64,000 bases of DNA from assembly GCA_004431415.1 (NCBI GenBank), contig QPMI01000107.1, positions 85,814 through 149,813 on the forward strand, given 5' to 3'. Shown here piece by piece: positions 9,646-21,600 of the stretch. The DNA is from Cyanophora paradoxa CCMP329. Taxonomy: Eukaryota > Plantae > Glaucophyta. The position numbers and the translations under genes are program-made. The notes below the pieces were generated by a model. That model did no database searches. It saw only the letters and a program-made list of their open reading frames with translations, and was not told the origin of the DNA. Positions within the stretch are counted from its first letter, which is position 1. Each line of letters starts with the position of its first letter.

Positions 9646-12600
9646 CTAGAGCGCGATGGTGGGCACGGGCTCGACAACGCCGCCCTGCACCACTGACGAG
9701 CGCTCCGACACGTTGGAGAGCTGCCGCGCGGAAATCAGGCGGGAATTCAGGCGACGAGGCGCGGCAACGCGCACCCGCGGCGCGGGGAGGGCCTCGCCCT
9801 CGTCCGCCTCGGCGTCAACGGGCATGGCGAGCATCACGTCGCCCTCACTCACGGTCTCCGCCGTCGCGACGACCGCCGGCGTCGCCAGGGCGTTGAAGGA
9901 CGGCTGGGCGCTGAGGGCCGGCGTGGCTTGGCGGATCTCGGTAGAGGCCCGCACGGAAGTCGGGTGCGAGACAGGCATGCCCTCCGAGACGTGGACGAGC
10001 TCGTGCGACGCGCGGTCCGAGCCGATCGCGTACACCTGGTCGCCGCGGTTCGTGACCGACTTGATCGCCGCTGCGGGAGGAGCGTGAGACACGAGGAAGA
10101 GGTGCAACGAGCGCAGAGAGGGCGCCCGCGCACATTTGCGGAGGTAGCGGATGCGGGCGGCGTAGGCGACTACGACGGCGACAGCGACGAAGGCGACACC
10201 GCCGATGACAGCGCCGACAATCACGCCGATGTTCGAGGACGAGCTCGAGCGAGCGGCGTCCGCGCCGCCCGTAGCCGGCGGAACCACGGGGACGGGGTTA
10301 GGCGCCGGGAGGGCTGCCTTAGGAATCGCGGGCGGCACGCTCTGGATGAGGGTGACGACCTGCGCGACGCATGCACAGTCAGCCCTGACCGGAAGAAGGG
10401 CGGGCGACGGGGCGCACGTCGATCGAGTCGCATGAGCAGGAGGTGACGCTCCAGCCCAGGTCGTTCCAGTTCATGGTGCCGGTCGCGAACGACTGGCGGC
10501 CCGAGACGTACGCCTCGTCGATGACGCCGACGGGGCCGTCCGAGCCGGGGATGGTCTGGCACGACGGGCCCGTGCACTCGTACGTCGACGAGCAGCCGGC
10601 CGACGAGAAGCCCTTCACGCTGCTGTCGTAGCGTGCGCACACGGAGACTGCGAGGGGGTCAGTTGGGCACGCGGCGCGGAGCGACTGCAGCGGAAGACGC
10701 ACTGGTCGGCGCCGTGCAGACAGGGGACGGGCACTTCGAGCCGGCCGGGCACTTGATCGTGAGCGTCATGCCGCGCGTGTACGCGTTGCCCGCGTGCATG
10801 CGGCGGCCCGTCTGCAAATCGAGAGATCAGTATAGTCGAGTGTGCAAATGACCGAAGGCGGCTCACAGATTCGAGGCGGAAGAACGAGCTCGACGTCGAG
10901 TACCCGTCAAAGAGCTGGTAGCTCGTGGCCAGGCTCTCGGGGTCGATGACGACGTTGTTGTCTTGTTGCCTGCAGCAAAGCAGTCAACAACTGAAATAAA
11001 CGACTACTCGATCAATCGCAAAAGCGGACCAGCAGACGAGAGGGACCGCCTGCTTCTCGGCGACCTCAGTGCGGTCGATGCCGGTGATCTGGTACGTGAT
11101 CGAGCGGAGCATGAACTGCCCGTCGCTGCTCGACGACGTGTACACGATCGTGCCCCCGTTCACCATCACCGCTGTGGGCAGCTGGGCGCCGGGCCACAGC
11201 ACGCGCTTCACGGAGACCGCGCTGGTACCCAGCATGCGCCGGCGGGGCAGGCTCAGCTGCGTCTGGATTAAGGACGGCAGCTGGGCCGTCGGCAGTGCTC
11301 CTTGAGGCTCGATGGATGCCGAAAGCGACGGCTTGATTGCCTTGAGACGGCGCGATGACGACTGGCGAAGAGCGCGGTACTCCGCATCTGGTTCAGACCC
11401 GAGAATCGCGCGGCGCTTTGAGGCCAAGGTTCTCGTGCTTTCCAGGTCGGGCATCTTCGCGAAACCTGGGCACAAGTTAGGTCGATCTGTATCACGTAAA
11501 GAAAAGAGATATAAATTTACCATTCGGGCAGTAGCAAGTTGGCAGAGATGTTACACCGCAGTTTCCGCCTGGACAGCTGACGCGGAGCCTGAACGTGCCA
11601 GTCCCACCCTTGGCAGCAATCTTGGTTCCGTCCGCAGTCCCACCTGATCCGGAATAAGAACTTCGATTGACCTTGCAGATCAAAACATGGTCGCCGAAAC
11701 GCACCAACATCCCAGAGGCCAACGACACGATTGCCGTCCACAATACGCGAGTACATCGGGGCCTTGAAAGATGAATCAAGGCGCTGGAAGTACCAGTTCG
11801 CATTTTGCGCAGGTGTCAGTCTCGTGTACATGGTCTGATTGCCCAGAGCGCTCGGATCAAGGAAGCTGTTGTTTAACCGCGGGTCAACTGTTACGCCTGT
11901 CGCCCACGTGTTGTACGGGGCTGTCCCGTAGAGCTCGTACGGGGTGCCAGAGAAGTTGCACTGGACGTAGGACACGAACGGGACGCCAAACGATCCCCAG
12001 TTTGTGACAGTGTAAGTGCCAGTGACATGTTGATTGACGGAGTCGACCACAGCAGTCGGCGTCGCGCCCACTCGGCACGGAACAGTTGTGCCATTGTTTT
12101 CAAAGAAACGGTTCCCGAAGCCAGGGCACGGCTGGAAAGTGCTTCCACCAGCAGTAATGTCGCAGCTCACCCAGTCATTGAAGCCGTCGTAAGTACCGCC
12201 TCGCGCGTCCTCAAAGACAAAGTGAGTGCTGTGCAATCAACCCTAATCAGCGCATGGATGCCCAAGCAGATGAGAAAAGTGCACCGATAATAGTAAGTGT
12301 AGGAGGTGCCACCAGCACGGTTCAGATCCCAGGCGTCGTTACCAGTCAACCCCAACAGCGCCCAGTTCGGGGGCGTGATGATGACAGGATCAAACATGTC
12401 CATCGTGTACAGCGGGGGGGGATTGGTACTGTTGCGGGCCGTGAAGTCCGGAATGTAGAGCCCGTACGAGTTCGGGAAACGCGAGAATTGGCCCCAATTA
12501 TTCGGGGCCGTATTCGCAATGTCGGTAGGATTGATGACCGTGTCGTAAGTTTCGGGATCGCAATCAGTGTCCGCCTTGAGGCAGTCGCCCATATTGTTGT

Positions 12601-15600
12601 GGAAGCTGGTGCACGTGTTAAGTGAATTCTTGTTGCATTTGTAGCCGACTCGCCCATCTGGGGTAAATGTGCATTGGTCAGACTTGCAATTCGTGCGGTA
12701 TATCTGCACGCCCTTGATCCCGCCATTCCTTCCTAGATTCTTGTAGCTCTCTGGAACCAGGACGCGGAACTCGTGGCGCTTGATGTTCGTGACCTTGCGG
12801 ATGAGGCTGTACGTCCGAAGCGGAGTGACGTTGGGGATCTTGGGGTTCGGTCCGCACGGCCCGTAAGGATCGTCCGTGCCTCCAAGGCGGCAGCCCGTGT
12901 CGTCGGTGTCGTAGATTGCCTCCTGTGCGCTATCAGCACCTTTGTTGTCGTATAGCATACACGCAGAGCTGTGCAGCGAGATCAGTGATCGGAATTTCGC
13001 AATCTCAAAAAGAATGACAAGCGAGGTACGCACCGCCAGTGAATGACATCCAGGGATGGAAGCTCTTCGTCGCCTCCTGACACTTCGTAGAACTGCTGCA
13101 GTTGATTGCTTGCGTCTCTGTACAGCGTGAAATCCGCTGTATTTCGACTCAATGAGGTCCACGGTGAGCAAGACCGTGCCTGGAGTCCGAAGCAGGTCTT
13201 GCGAATTGGCGAGTAGCACTGCCCGATGCCGCACCCTTCAATGTCAGCATCCGCCTCCGAACAGGGGGTGACCTTGGGGAGAATGCCGTCCTTCGCTGAA
13301 CTCCAAGGGCACCGCATCCGCTTGATGATGATGCCCTTGATCTTGTCCCGAGCCGCGGCGGGTTCGTACGAGAGTGCGAACTTCATGCGGCGGTACGTCA
13401 AATTCAGCTGCAGCTCCACGAGCTTCATCGAGCACGTGTACGAAGCGAGCCTATATCGATTCTCCGCAGATCTGCTCGCGTTGCGATAGAAGACGCTCGC
13501 GTTCATGGCGCCGATGTCGAGCCATTCGTAACCCACGAAGAGATCCGTGATGTTGACGTGGTACCAGGCCCTGCGAGACCATTAATAGAGAAATCACGTG
13601 GAACGCAAAAAGACACGCACTGGTAGCAATAGTAAACGCCAAGATTATCCGGAACCGTATCAATAAAGCTCGTCTGATTCCCTTCGAAGGAGAAGAATCT
13701 GTATTCCGTCTTCTTGGACGGGTCGGAGCAACGCCAGCGCTCAACGTAGGTGTTCATGATCTTGCTCCAGGACGGGATCCACGAAGGCGTGATTCTGACG
13801 GCTACAGTCTTCGAACCCCAGTCCGATAGCGTCGAGTTGAAGCTGACGATCGGCTGCGGCTCGATGCCATCGTAGACCATGCCCAGCGGGCCCGGCATCC
13901 CCGAGCACGTCATGTTCATCCTTCCGAACGTGACTTCAGCTCCACCTGCACAAGAGTCACTAGCCACTGAGAGAGCATAAAAGTACAGAACGCACTCGTG
14001 TTGAAGAATCCAATGTCCGAGATGGGCTGGCCTCCTGCACTGCCCGCTCCTGAGCAGTCCGTTATCTTGTACTCGGCCTGGCAAAGCGGGGCATTCGGGT
14101 TGATGCCGTTGGCCGTGAAGTTGTAGTTGGGGTCTGCAAATTTGCGGCCTCAGGAAAACGCGACCAAGAAACGGAATCAGAATTCACGGACCAATGCTAC
14201 AAGTCAGGTTGCCAGTGCGCTGCAGGCCCTGCTCCTGAAGCTTGGCCGGCGTGGTGAACGTGACTGTGAGGAAGGAATCAGTTCATAACCCGACGAAAGG
14301 GATGGTGGCGAAAGCGCACGGTTGATCTGAATGTTCGGCGTGAGCCACGTGACTCCACTCTTCCCGGACAGTGCAGCCATTTCAGTTGTGCACGAGCTCT
14401 GCAAATGTGTACATGAGTGACTCTGAAAACATCACACTAATTCCGATTGAGCCAGACCTGGACGACACTCCTGACAATGTTGTACAGGACGTCGCAGATG
14501 TCTCCGTTGCCATCGGGCTGATCGTTCTTGTCATCGTCGTAGTCCGGAATAGGAATCTTGGACGGCGACGGCGATGGGCTCGGGCTCGGGGACGGCGAGG
14601 GCGTCGGAGTGGCCAGCACGTCGACGCGCGAGGCGCTCGACATGAACGAGTCCTTCGAGTTCGTCGAGACGAAGAAGGCCCTGCGCGGAAAGAGGTTAGG
14701 GCACGATTGAGAAGCAAGGCAAAAGCGAGCCGCGCACTTGTAGTTGTACGAGGACGGCCGCGGGACGTTCGTGTCGACGAAGGACTCTTCCGCCGCGCTC
14801 GACTTCGCGATGTTCTTGACCTGAGTGGTCGTGCAGCCCCTGCTCGACACGCACGACGAGTAACTCGACGTGTTGAATGCCGACTCGGCGCACACGCTCG
14901 TGTTGCAGTTGTCGCGGAAGACAAGCGTGCTGGCGATGACCGCCTTGAGGCCGGTATCCGTGGGATAGGTCGTGGTCACAGTGATGTCGTCCTGGTTCTC
15001 GTACGAACCCGTTCCGGCGGTCGCGTTGATACCCGGGGCGTTGAGCCGCGTCGTGGTCCCGAAGCAGCTGTTCGACGCCGGGCTCGTGGTCTCCTGATCG
15101 GGTCCGCCAGTGACAGTGACATGGTACTCGTACGTCTCCTCTGGGAACAGCCCGGTGCTGTCCGGCTTGGTGCTAACCCGAGTGAAGGAAGCGCCAGATT
15201 TGATGTAGAGCTCCCATCCGGTGCCCTTGCTCTTGGTATCCGCGGCCAGAGTCATCTTGACCGGCGTGATGCTTGAAACCGTCACGGAGCAAGTCGGCCG
15301 AGGCCACGTGCTCGCGGTGTAGATCACAGCCGAGGTCGAGACGTAGCCGTCGTCGTACGCCATGACGTACGCGAATGTGAAGCTGTAAGACACGCCGTCC
15401 GGCTGGATCGAGTTACCGGCGTATGAGCTGAGGACGATCGTCGGAGACCCGCTTGTCAGATTCGCCACCCAGTTGCCGGAGCTGTCGGTCACGTAGACGG
15501 CGGCCACATTCGGCGCCCCTGCCGCAATCGCGGCTGCAGCGTCGAGCTTGATCTTGGTCCAGGACGGAGACAAGACAGCCGCGTTTGAAGTGCCCGACGG

Positions 15601-18600
15601 CGGGAACGGCAGGTCCGGAGTGCGCAGGGAGAGCTCCGCCGAGACGTTGGAAGGATTGCCGCTCGTGTTGAACTTGGCCGTGTACGCGTACCATGTGCTC
15701 GGGCGCACAGCCGTGTCGGTCCAGGCCTGAAGCGCGCTCGTTGCATCGGCCTCGCGCACGACCACGTTGTCCCGGTAAATGGTCGCGCCAGTAATGGTCT
15801 GCGCGTTGTAGCCCAGGGCCACGTCCTGCTCCGAGTACCACACCTTGATCTCGATTGCCGTCGTCGTCGGCTCCCTGACCTTGAGCACGACGGGCGTGGC
15901 AACCGGGACCACGATCTCGACCGGAGCCGACTCATCACCGACCGCGGTAACCACATCGTTCGGCGCAACCACGAAGACCGCCGTGTACCTGTAGGCGACG
16001 CCCGCATCCGAGAAGCGGTTCGCGTCAACGACCGGAGGAAGTCCTCGGAGGGTCGTCACGAGCACGCCATCCCTCATCAGGCGAGTGTGCGTAATGCGGT
16101 TGTCCACGCCGTCGGACGGCAGGCTGATGCGGACGGAAATCCCGATGGGCGTCACCAACACCGGGGTGATGACCGGCTTCGGCGGGGACGTGTCCGCCTC
16201 GCACGGATCCGAGCGGAACGAAAGCGCGCCAGTGGTCGTGTAGTCCACTGAGAACACGTACGACGAGCTCGCGTTGAGGCCGGTCACGATTCTCTCCAAG
16301 GAGCTCGGCGCAATGGCTCCGTCCTTCGAAATAGCGCCGTCCAAGAGGAGGTCGCTCCGGAAGAGACGGAGCTTGTCCGCGAGGGTGGTGGCCACCGCGG
16401 GGATCTGGAGCGCGAGCTTCACCGTCGTGGACGTCGAGTTGACGTACGTGCACGTGGGCTTGGGGGCCGTCTTGGTCCACGCGAGCGTGAGGGGCGACAT
16501 GTCGGACTCCGAGAGAAGCGTGAGGACCTTGGCGGTGTAGTTGTACGCGGTGCCCGGCAGGCGGTCCGCGTGCGTGAACGTCAACGAGACCGAGCTGTTC
16601 CGGTGCACCTCGACGGGCCCGGCATCGGTGACGAGGTAGACGACGAAGCCGGTAATCACTCCAGGCGGCGCGTACGGCGGCGAGATCATCAGGGTGACCG
16701 AGGTCAGCGTCGCGAGAGTCGTCATCGCCGGCTCGGTGAAGTAGAGCGCCGGCGGGTTCGGGCGGCCAAGCGTCACGACAAGGTTCGAGGACCACTCCGA
16801 ATCCTCGCCGAGCGTGATGGCCTTCGCCCGGTAGGTGTACGTCTGACTCGCGTTGAGCCCCGTATCCGTCGGGCACGTGTAGGTCTGCGGGATGCTAGCC
16901 GGCTCATCCTTCACGCACGACAGCTCCTTCACACCGAAGTCGCGCTGCAACAGCACCTCCGTGACTGCCGACTCGGTGCCGTCCTGCGCAAGCGTGACCT
17001 GGATGGACACCCTGTCGAGGTCCATCGACGTGTTCCTCAGGGACGGCGCCCCGGGCACGAGCGTGGTCATGGTCACGGGGTTGGAGAAGTCGCTCCTGAG
17101 GTCGCCGAGGCCGTCCGGAAGCTGCTGCACGATTCGCGCGTAGTACGTCCTCGTGTCGCCGGGCTGCAGGCTGGTCTGGTTGTGGGTGCGCACGTCCACG
17201 TCGGGGTACTCCCACTGGTACGTGGCCAACAGGGCTGCGTCGGTGTCGCTCTGCTCCTTGAGCACGCGGAGGGCAGCGCCGTTCCCTGAGGCGTCCATGT
17301 CCGTGAAGACGAACTGGAGCCACTGGGCGCCCCGCGTCCCGTTCGTGCCGATCGGCGGGGACGGGCGCGTCCACGTCCTCGTGAGGTCGGCGAGCACGGA
17401 AGGCGCGCCTTGCGTGTCGTACCGCGCAGTGTAGTTGTAGTTCGTGAACGAGTTCAGGCCGCCCGGACACTTCTGCGTGTCGCCCGAGCCCCACGCTCCG
17501 GAGACCACCGTGGACAGGGTGCCATCCGACTGGACGAGGTACAAGTACACGTTTCCGATCGTGATGCCCTCGGTCGCGGGGACGTAGATGTTGACGCAGA
17601 CCGACTGGTTCGTCGTCGGGTCACGCTTCCAAGTCACAGTGGGCTTGGGCGGGTACTGCGTCTGGACCACCACCGGATCGCCCTTCTGGCCGTTGCTGGA
17701 GTCGCTGTCGGACTTGTCCGACTTGCCTGCCGGTGAGTCGAGGACTGCGTTGCAGGAGATGACCTCGCCGGGCAGCACGGTCAAGTAGACGACGGTCACG
17801 CCGGACGGGCTGGGCGCAATCGTCTGCGTGCCAGCAGTGCCGTTGCACACGAGGATCGTCGAGTTCGTCAACGCCTTGCTGGCGTCATTGTCGATGGTGA
17901 CGGTGACCATGATGCTTGTCGAGTTCAGCGGGGTCATCTCGAGGTTGGGCGCCGCCGGCGGCAGCGTCGGATCCACCTGGCCCGTCTGGCTGGTCGTGCC
18001 TCCCTTGCCCTTGAACTCGCACACCCAGACGTACTGGACGGCGAAGTCGACCGTGTACGGCGCGCTCGAGCTCGTGAAAGTGAACTGGCCGTTCGAGACC
18101 GTGAACGTCGTGCCCGGCGTATTCTCCTCCCAGCAGACCGTGCTCGTGACCACCCCCTCCAGACCGGCTGGAAGAGGCACACTCACGGTGACCGACGGGC
18201 CCGTCGTGGTCGAAACCAGAACAGGCTGGGGCGCGGGAAGGGCGGTCCAGAGCTCCTTCGGATCAGACAGCGGCGACTTCACAACCACGCCGTCGTTGTC
18301 AACCGTAAGCAAGGCAGTGTAGTTGTACGCGCGGCCCGCGGCGAGACCGGTGTCGTTGAAAAGCAGGCAGCACCCGCTCGGCGCGCTGCAGGGCGTGCAC
18401 GTGTTCGGCAGCGTTGCGATCAGCTGGCCGTCGCGGTACAGCTCCGTGCCGTTGCTCTCCACCCACTTCTGAGGGAGCTCAATCTGGACGCTCGTGGTCG
18501 TGGTGGTGGCCGGGTGCGGGCCCTGAGCCACCGTCGGCGATCCCGGCGGCGTCGTGATCGTGATGTTCACGCGCGTGCTCTCCATGCCGTCCTTGCCGAT

Positions 18601-21600
18601 GTAGTACGCAACGTACGTGTAAGTCGTCCCAGGGGACGCGTTGTCGTCAGTGCAGTCGGTCACGCCCGGAGTCTCACCAGCCCAGGAGCTGTTCACCTTG
18701 CAGAGGAAGCCTCCAAGGACACGCTCGAGCACGAGCACTGTAATGTCGTCATCCGGAGTCGACGGCTCCACGTGCAGGATGCTCGTCGACGCGTCGCCCG
18801 AGGACGCAGTGGTGGACGAGGTGAGCGACAGGACTGGCGGGTTCGGCGAGGTCCAGGCACTGTCGGCAGTGCTGTTCGGCGAGTCCACGCCCGGTGTCTG
18901 ACTCGGCTTGCCGGCCGTGGTGTAGTCCGCCTTGTACCAGTACTCCGAGCCTGCCGCCAGGCCACTGTGAGTGTACTCGTAGGTGGCCGACGTCCTGAGA
19001 ATCTCGGTGAGCTTGCTGTAGGGGCCCTCCTCCGAGGCTGCGGTGTAGATGCGGATTGCGACTGCCGCGTCCTGCTCGGGCACAGGCTTCGCCACCGTCA
19101 CCTTGACGGACGTGGCATCGATGCCCTTCGCCGAGAGCGTTGGCGCCGCGGGGTCCTTAGTCTTGGCAGACAGCGACCCGTTCGGCGACTTGGAGTAGAG
19201 CGTGATGAGGGCTGCCTCGTAGGCGAAAGTCAGGCCTGGCGGGAGACCGGAGTCCGTGAACACGAAGAAGTTGACGTTGCGCGGTGCAGCCATAGTCTGA
19301 GAGGCGGCCAGCATTCCATCGCGGTACAGATCGATCCTCGTGACGACAGGCCTGAGGTCCTCTCCAGGGATCGTGTTCACCTCGGGCGCACGGGTAGGAT
19401 AGGCGACCTTGACCTTCACGACGGTCGCGGTGGGGTAGCTCGGAGAGGAGTCGACCGAGTCCAGCGTGAGGACGGGGGCAGCAGGAATGGCCTGCGTGAC
19501 CTGAAGGACGTCCGAGGTCGGCGAGTTCAGCCCCGTCGTAGTGTAGTACGCCGTGATGTTCGACGTCGTCGCCGGCTCCAGGCCCGTGAGCGTTATGCAG
19601 TCCTCGAACTCGTCCTCCTTGGGGATGGAGAACGTGAAGGGGGTGCTTGTCGGAAGGTACAGGCGGGAGAACTCCGTCGTCTTGATCTCAGCGTGGCTGA
19701 GGTTTCGCGGGTACGTCACGCAGATCTTCACGGTCGTCGCGGTGACCAGCGTGTACGAGATGGTCGGCTTCACCACCAGCAGCGCCGTCACGTGGAGCGG
19801 ATCCGAGATCAGGCCCCTCTCATTGCGCTCCAAGCCGTTGTAGAAGACCAAGCCCTCGTACTGCGCCGTGTACTCGTACGTGATGCCGGGGTTGATGGCC
19901 CCGGTGCCATCAACGCACGACGCGAGCCAGTTGTCCGACGCCTCGCTGCACACTCGCGACGAGTTGCGCAACAGGAACGTCTCGGAGACGCGGAGCTTGT
20001 TGAGGTCGGTCTCCGCGAGGTCCACCCTCAGGTCGAATTCCGTCTTGTAGCCCAGGGACAGCTGGGGCGCCGGCGGGCCGGTGCGGGCCTGCTTCGATTC
20101 GCTCTCCTTCGAGTCCGCAGGCGTCAGGTACACCGCCTTGTACCAGTAATCCGTCTGGTGCGCGCGGCCCGTGTCCACGTGGCGGTACACCCCATCACTG
20201 TCCGCCGTCGGGACCGTCGCGACCGTCGTCCACTCACTCCCCGCCGCGCTGGACATCGCCCGGGAGATCCGCACCCCCGTCACATTCACCACGGGGTCGA
20301 GCGTCGGCAGCTCGACCTCCAACCACACCGCCGTCGCGTTGACGGCAGTCGTCGTGAGGGTCGGCTGCGGCGAGTCGTCCGTCGTCACCGACGCCGTGTT
20401 CGAGTCCTGCGAGGGGCCCACCCACGAGGTCGCAATCGCCCAGCACGAGTACGTCGTGCTCGGCTGCAGGGACACGAGGACCTCCTCCGCCAGGCCCATC
20501 CGCTCGATGGCCACCGTGCGCGCCGTGTTCGTGTCATTGCAGGTCAGCTGGTAGTTGTCGGCAAGCACGTTGCTCGCGTCGTGCTCGATTTCGATGTGAA
20601 CCTTGATGGTGTTCGAGTCCACCATCGTCATCGTCACGGCGGGGGCCTTCGGCGGCAGCGTCACCGCCACGTCGCCCACCTCGCTTCTCGTGCCCCTTGG
20701 CCCTCGAACACGCACTTCCACACGTACGCCGTCGCCCAGTCCACCTTGTAGCCCGTCGCGCCGTTTTCACTCGAAACGACGAACTGCGCGCCCGAGACGG
20801 TGAAGGTGACCGCCGACGCGTTGGCCAGCAGACCGTCCTCACGACGACGCTCTCGAGCCCCAGCGGCAGGGAAACGTTCACTGTCACCGACGGGTAGTTC
20901 GTGTTCGCGTGGATGACCGGCACAGGCGCAGGCAGGGCGGTCCAGAGCTCCTTCTTCGCCGACTCCGGCGACGTGACGCGCACCCGCCATTGTCGACCGT
21001 CAGCAGCGCCGTGTAGTTGTACACATGGCCCTCGGCCAGGCCGGTGTCGTTGAATCGGAGACAGCAGCGGCTCGGATCGTCAAGGCGATGGCACGGCCCG
21101 CAGCTCGACGGCGAGAGCGGGATCGTCACGATCGGGCTGGAGCCGGCGCCGTCGCGGTAGAGCTCCGTCCCGTTGCTCTTCTCCCACCCCACAGGGAGCT
21201 CAATCTCCACGCTGATGGTCGAGGTCGTTGCCCGGTACGGGCCCTTGACGACCAGCGGTGCTTCTGGTGGCGTCGTCACGTTGAAGTGCGCGCGTTCGCT
21301 CGTCAGCCCCTCCTGGCCAATGTAGTGCGCCGTGTACGTGTACAAAGTCGCGGGCCTCGCCCCTGCGTCCACGCACGTGGCCGTGCCGCCCACCCCGCCC
21401 AACCATCCGATCGGGTTCGGCGCCGAGCAGCTGAAGCTGAAGCTGTCGCGCGACACCACCAAGCCGGTGACGGAGCTGTTCGCCACCGACGGCGCCATGT
21501 GCAGGCTGACAGTGACCGCGCTGGAGCCCGTCACCGTGGCCGAGTTCAGGCTGAACGCCGGCGGCGACGGCGCGGTCCACGCCCCGTCCGCAACGCTCAG

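Noticed and set aside
9646-9660. C-terminal TIAL as a PDZ-binding motif
   Set aside because: The match is too short and degenerate to support without conservation data.
14525-14545. DYDDDK resembling a FLAG/enterokinase tag
   Set aside because: It is not the DYKDDDDK sequence, it is embedded in a natural acidic motif, and there is no vector context.
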